Below are positions 36,890 through 40,951 of a DNA stretch of 40,951 bases, in pieces. The stretch's first letter is position 1. Each line of letters opens with the position of its first letter. The stretch lies in IMG/VR virus record IMGVR_UViG_3300036796_000270, positions 1 through 40,951 of that record, one strand, 5' to 3'. The notes beneath the pieces are model-generated. The model was given only the letters and a program-made list of their open reading frames with translations. It made no database searches and was not told where the DNA came from. The stretch is from a virus. Its lineage: Duplodnaviria > Caudoviricetes. Both the position numbers and the translations under genes were made by a program.

Positions 36890-37537
36890 CAGTATGCGCC
36901 GGGGTGATGATGTTAAAGACCATCGGTAGGGTAGAAGTGCGGTATATGGCACATGTGCCGCAGCGGTCCGGGGATTCCTTGCAAGACATATCCAGATCCA
37001 GCGGGTAGCCGGAATGTGCAAGCCAGTTGTGTACGACAGCCAGAGACGCTTCACCAGCGTGGCGATCAGGTGACAGCCCAGACGATATCTGAGTGGCTTA
37101 AAAAACAGATGGGAGCCGGTGGAATCCCGGCACATAACATGAAAGCGCACTCCATCAACTATCGGTTGTGGATGACAGGTAAGTAAACGAACGGAGTGCG
37201 CTTCCAATTGTGTAAACCGTAGTAGCTGTACCATATGCTGTGTGTAGTCTTGGCGGTCGGCAGTTGTGAATGTCCTTAATGTCGACCGCCCCTTTTCACA
37301 ACTGAAAGCGCGTTCAGCCGGTTCCTTGAGAGGCCTCAGTCGTTAAATCAACCTCAGGAGAACGCGCTCCCAATTGTGGAGAAGCTGACTAGCGGTGGCA
37401 GCCGCCCGTTTCACTAAGTGCCCCGGTTGGGTGCTTACTAAAACGAAACCCATTTATTTTTTGTCGCCATCCGGCGAGGGATTCGTGCAACCAAAATCAG
37501 CGCTGTGCAGAGCGCTTATAACACGGAGAAACTATCC

Positions 37538-37897
37538 ATGACGAACACACAGAACATCACCGAGTTACAACCACGCATGACCAGAGAGCAGCTGATCGAG
37601 GCGGCACGTATCGCCGCTAAGTTCCTGCCAGTTGCATCAGCTCAGCTTATGAATGAGCTTGCTAACCGTCTCGATATCACCAGCGTAGCGCTTTTCGAAG
37701 CGATGGCGCAGCGTAAGGAGATGGCCGAGCAGAACGTTACCCTGCGTGAAGATGTCACTAGCTGGGCCAAAGAGTGTGATCGTATCGAAGAACGCCACAC
37801 AAAAACGCCTTCCAATATGCACTTGCTGGAGGCTCAGCGCGAACTTCGCGAGTTGGCTCCTGTCGACATTTCCCTAAATAACGAGGTTGCTCTCTAA
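37538..37897 (+). CDS. Hypothetical early protein (coiled coil)
   Basis: GGAG RBS; stop overlaps the next start (TAATG). Confidence 0.8.
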   Translation: MTNTQNITELQPRMTREQLIEAARIAAKFLPVASAQLMNELANRLDITSVALFEAMAQRKEMAEQNVTLREDVTSWAKECDRIEERHTKTPSNMHLLEAQRELRELAPVDISLNNEVAL

Positions 37898-38919
37898 TGG
37901 CTAACTCATTCAAGCAAATGACCAAATCAGGTCTGATTAAGCGTACCGATACCGGGATGTTTATCCCCCTTTCCGATATCCATGTTCGTGAAGGTTTCAA
38001 CAAGCGTGATGATGACGAACGCACCCGCCTGGCTGATGATGACCTTTTCAACTACCTGATGAACGGTGGTTCAGTGCCTCCTCTGGAAGTTACTGCCCGT
38101 GATGAAGGTGGTGTGTGGGTTGTTGAAGGTCACCGCCGCCGCCGTTGCTACGCTCGCTGCGCTGAAGCTGGTAAGCCAGTAGACCGAATCCACATCATGC
38201 CGTTCAACGGTAACGATGTGCAGCGTCTGGCTCGCATCATGACCAGTAACAACCAGCTCCCGCTTTCCGATATGGAACAGGCAGCAGTTATTCAGGAACT
38301 GCACAGCGCTTTCAACCAGACCACTAGCGAGATCGCAAAGCTGGTCAACAAGTCTGTCTCCACGGTAGAGAAGCTTCTTCTCCTCAGTACTGCGAATCAT
38401 GACGTCCAGCAGGAAGTTAAATCGGGAGCGGTGTCTGTCGATGTCGCGGTTGATCGCGTAATGGAATATGGCGAACAGGCCGGGAAAGTTCTACAGCACG
38501 ATAAAGCAGTAGCTGCTGCCCAGGGTAAAACGAAAGTTACCCGCAGTTCTATTGCGCCAGAACTCAGCATTAAGAATGCGCGCCGGTTCGTTGAGCTGAT
38601 GGCGCAGGCCAAAATCAGTGATGAAGGTGTCTTCACTCTGGAAGGTGCGGCACTGGCCGAAGCGCTGTCGATTATGGACGAACATAAAGCGATTGCAGAA
38701 GCGCGTGAAACATATCGCCTGTCTCAGCCAGTACCTGAGACAGTGGTAATGGGCAAAACACTTTACGTCAGGCTGGAAGGGGTTGAGATCGGTACTGCGC
38801 AAATTTATCGCGGCAAGAACGTCACGCTCAATGGGATTGTCACCAGCCAGTCAAAGGCAGTGGCCCACTTCGTTAAGCAATACAAACTGCAGCAGGAAAA
38901 TAATCATGACAGCCAATAA
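37897..38919 (+). CDS. ParB/Srx-domain protein with HTH
   Basis: FN.R, VPPL.V, VVEGHRR, N...L...E.A, HTH TTSEIAKLVNKS..TV. Confidence 0.85.
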   Translation: MANSFKQMTKSGLIKRTDTGMFIPLSDIHVREGFNKRDDDERTRLADDDLFNYLMNGGSVPPLEVTARDEGGVWVVEGHRRRRCYARCAEAGKPVDRIHIMPFNGNDVQRLARIMTSNNQLPLSDMEQAAVIQELHSAFNQTTSEIAKLVNKSVSTVEKLLLLSTANHDVQQEVKSGAVSVDVAVDRVMEYGEQAGKVLQHDKAVAAAQGKTKVTRSSIAPELSIKNARRFVELMAQAKISDEGVFTLEGAALAEALSIMDEHKAIAEARETYRLSQPVPETVVMGKTLYVRLEGVEIGTAQIYRGKNVTLNGIVTSQSKAVAHFVKQYKLQQENNHDSQ

Positions 38920-39160
38920 ACCAATGACCAGCGAACAGTTGGATGCACTGATGACTATGGCAGTCAACATGCAGCGCGATGCTGAGGCCGATTGTAACCG
39001 CCCTACCGCTATGTTCGCTTATGCAGTTCAGGTTGCTGTTCAGGAACTGCGTAGCGTTCGTAATGAGGTGGCAGCGCTGGCGGTGGGCAATTCTGGGCTG
39101 AAGTCATGGCTTCATAATTCGCAGTTCAGCAAATTGAATGCAATGCATCGTTACGAATGA
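38906..39160 (+). CDS. Hypothetical early protein, possibly 3'-truncated
   Basis: AGGA RBS; runs into an AT-rich convergent gene. Confidence 0.55.
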   Translation: MTANKPMTSEQLDALMTMAVNMQRDAEADCNRPTAMFAYAVQVAVQELRSVRNEVAALAVGNSGLKSWLHNSQFSKLNAMHRYE

Positions 39161-39342
39161 TAGTCAGGCCAATAGAATCCTGTAGCTAGTGCGAGTAAAG
39201 ACATCAGAAGTAGCAATGATATGAGAAGTCTAGATTTTGTGGAGGGATCTCTATCTCCATTTCGATAGTGGTGGATTAGGGCTAGGGTAAACATAAAACT
39301 TATTGTCGAGTGAACGTACGCCAATTTTTCAGGGAGTAACAC
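39151..39342 (-). CDS. Small membrane protein moron
   Basis: AAGGAG RBS before GTG; hydrophobic LLISLLLLMSLLALATGFYW. Confidence 0.6.
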   Translation of the reverse strand: MLLPEKLAYVHSTISFMFTLALIHHYRNGDRDPSTKSRLLISLLLLMSLLALATGFYWPDYHS

Positions 39343-39713
39343 GGCGGCTCCTTGTCAATTTATCCTTAAAATCCTAACGCCAAGTATTTAGTGTATTGCA
39401 TCTCATGATTTAAAAGGAAGGCGAAATACAATGGGGCGATGGTTTTTGGCCAGTGAACTTAAACAGCTACGCATAAGACGTTTGAAAGCAGGGGTTGCTC
39501 ACCCAAGGTCGGAAGCAGCTCGCGATTAAGCACGTATCCGTCTCGTTATCCGCCTGCCGATGCTGGTTCTAATGCCATAGGAGATGGTCCACCAGCTTTA
39601 TTACACCGAAACGAAAAGATGTCGTACATGCAATGATGGCCTCCGTGATGGTTGTTCATCATGCGTTTTTTAAGAGATAGCCGGGTGCAGCCGGTTAAGT
39701 GGAGAGCTATACG

Positions 39714-39941
39714 ATGAGCGGACAAAGCCAACGTTTTCTTACCCCTGATGACCTCTATCAGCTTACTGGTTATCGTCGCCCTTCCCTTCAGTGCCGAGCG
39801 CTGAAAGAAAGCGGTGTGTTTTTCGTGCCACGAAAAGACGGCAGGCCAGGCACTACATGGGATCATGTAACTAACCCTGCAGGTCTCAAGCTGGTAGTAA
39901 ACAATCCAGAGGAAGAAGAACCAAACTTTAAGGACATGTAA
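39714..39941 (+). CDS. xis: Excisionase-like protein (DUF4224)
   Basis: FLT.DDL..LTGY....Q...L...G..F....DGRP; coupled to int. Confidence 0.85.
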   Translation: MSGQSQRFLTPDDLYQLTGYRRPSLQCRALKESGVFFVPRKDGRPGTTWDHVTNPAGLKLVVNNPEEEEPNFKDM

Positions 39942-40951
39942 TGCCCAGAATCCGCAAAAACCCAGATGATAACTGGATGCCGCCCCGCGTTCGCCGGGGC
40001 AAGTCAGCCTATGAGTTCAGAACGCCTGACGGGAGAACAGTGAGATTGTGCAACCACGATCTAACTAAGTCTCAGGTCTGGGCAGCGTATGAAAACTTCA
40101 TCAACGATATCAAGGTTGGTTCCAACTTCCATGCTCTATGCGAAGAGTTTTTTAACTCTGGTGACTTCCATGAACTGGCAACAGAAACCAGAAAGGATTA
40201 CCGGAAATATGGTTCAAAGGTAAATGTCGTTTTCGGCAAAATGAAACCAGAGAACATCAAGCCAGAGCACATAAGAAAGTATATGGATAAGAGGGGGGTT
40301 AAGAGTAGGGTTCAGGCGAACCGAGAGAAAGCTTTTATGTCGAGGGTGTTCAGGTGGGCATATGAGCGCGGCAAAGTGAAGATGAATCCATGCCAGGGTG
40401 TGAAGCAGTTTAAAGAGCAGGCGCGCACACGGTACGTGACGGACAAAGAATATGATGCACTATTCAGTGTTTCGTCGGTGCCGGTGAAAATTGCTATGGA
40501 GTTGGCCTATTTATGCTGCGCGCGCCAGGGAGACATTCTGGATCTTAAAAAGAGTCAGATACTGGATGAAGGGATTCTAATTCAACAAAGCAAGACCGCA
40601 GTGTGTCAAATCAAGGCGTGGACAGTGCGCCTGTCAAATGCGGTAACACTGGCTGATTCTCTGCCTTTGAATACTGGCATGGTGAGCCTTTACGTGGTCC
40701 ACCAGCAGTCTGGCTCTCGTTATACGCGTGATGCCTTTAATGCTCAGTGGATGAAGGCGAAAAAGTTAGCCGCAGAAAAATTTCCTGAGCTCGAATTTAA
40801 CTTCACGTTTCATGATCTGAAAGCTAAAGGGATATCTGATCTGGAAGGAACGCTGCATGAGAAACAGGAAATATCAGGCCACAAAAATGCTTCGCAGACT
40901 GCAAGATATAACCGCAAAATATCTGTAGTGCCGGTGGTTGGGGGGCAGTAA
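39941..40951 (+). CDS. int: Tyrosine integrase
   Basis: Catalytic R (CARQGD), K (QSKT), FHDLK, GH and Y (TARY). Confidence 0.96.
   Translation: MPRIRKNPDDNWMPPRVRRGKSAYEFRTPDGRTVRLCNHDLTKSQVWAAYENFINDIKVGSNFHALCEEFFNSGDFHELATETRKDYRKYGSKVNVVFGKMKPENIKPEHIRKYMDKRGVKSRVQANREKAFMSRVFRWAYERGKVKMNPCQGVKQFKEQARTRYVTDKEYDALFSVSSVPVKIAMELAYLCCARQGDILDLKKSQILDEGILIQQSKTAVCQIKAWTVRLSNAVTLADSLPLNTGMVSLYVVHQQSGSRYTRDAFNAQWMKAKKLAAEKFPELEFNFTFHDLKAKGISDLEGTLHEKQEISGHKNASQTARYNRKISVVPVVGGQ

Larger units (their letters stand above)
1..40951. mobile_element. Lambdoid prophage (HK97-like head, lambda-like tail and immunity region) integrated at tRNA-Pro
   Basis: Ordered integration, immunity, replication, lysis, packaging, head and tail modules bounded by a tRNA fragment and an integrase. 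Confidence 0.97.

Noticed and set aside
36869-37234. ORFs 36869..37234 and 36953..37186 as N or kil
   Set aside because: No Arg-rich N motif or Kil similarity, and weak translation signals
37141-37378. Repeated leader motifs as a CRISPR mini-array
   Set aside because: Only two imperfect units that form inverted stems; no regular spacers and no cas genes
40807-40830. Integrase HDLK instead of HxxR as a sign of inactivation
   Set aside because: Conservative substitution; the other catalytic residues and the reading frame are intact

Overview
The window is an apparently complete lambdoid prophage of an enterobacterium (Enterobacter-like host is an inference). It starts at the 3' half of a tRNA-Pro(GGG) gene (att site, 1-47) and ends at the integrase stop codon. 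The minus strand carries the main operon: cro, YmfL/CII-like, replication initiator, LexA-like HTH, rusA, DUF968, Q, holins, GH19 endolysin, spanins, two glycosyltransferase genes, HNH, cos region, terminase, HK97-type head and lambda-type tail. The plus strand carries a lambda-like cI, a long structured pL leader, a ParB-like gene, xis and int. Accessory cargo includes a Qin-like cold-shock cluster between decayed SRAP and umuC genes, a stand-alone TIR-domain gene and several morons. The most notable items are: (1) a late-operon module with three GT-A glycosyltransferase domains coupled to HNH/terminase, together with capsid, tail tube and connector proteins that all end in Gly-Ser, suggesting virion glycosylation; (2) two divergent copies of a structured non-coding RNA with covarying stems (about 2916-3047 + and 28386-28488 -); (3) a ~1.1 kb region rich in putative ncRNAs after the lysis genes, and a pL leader that may yield processed sRNAs. 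All family assignments are from motif recognition by eye, not from database searches.
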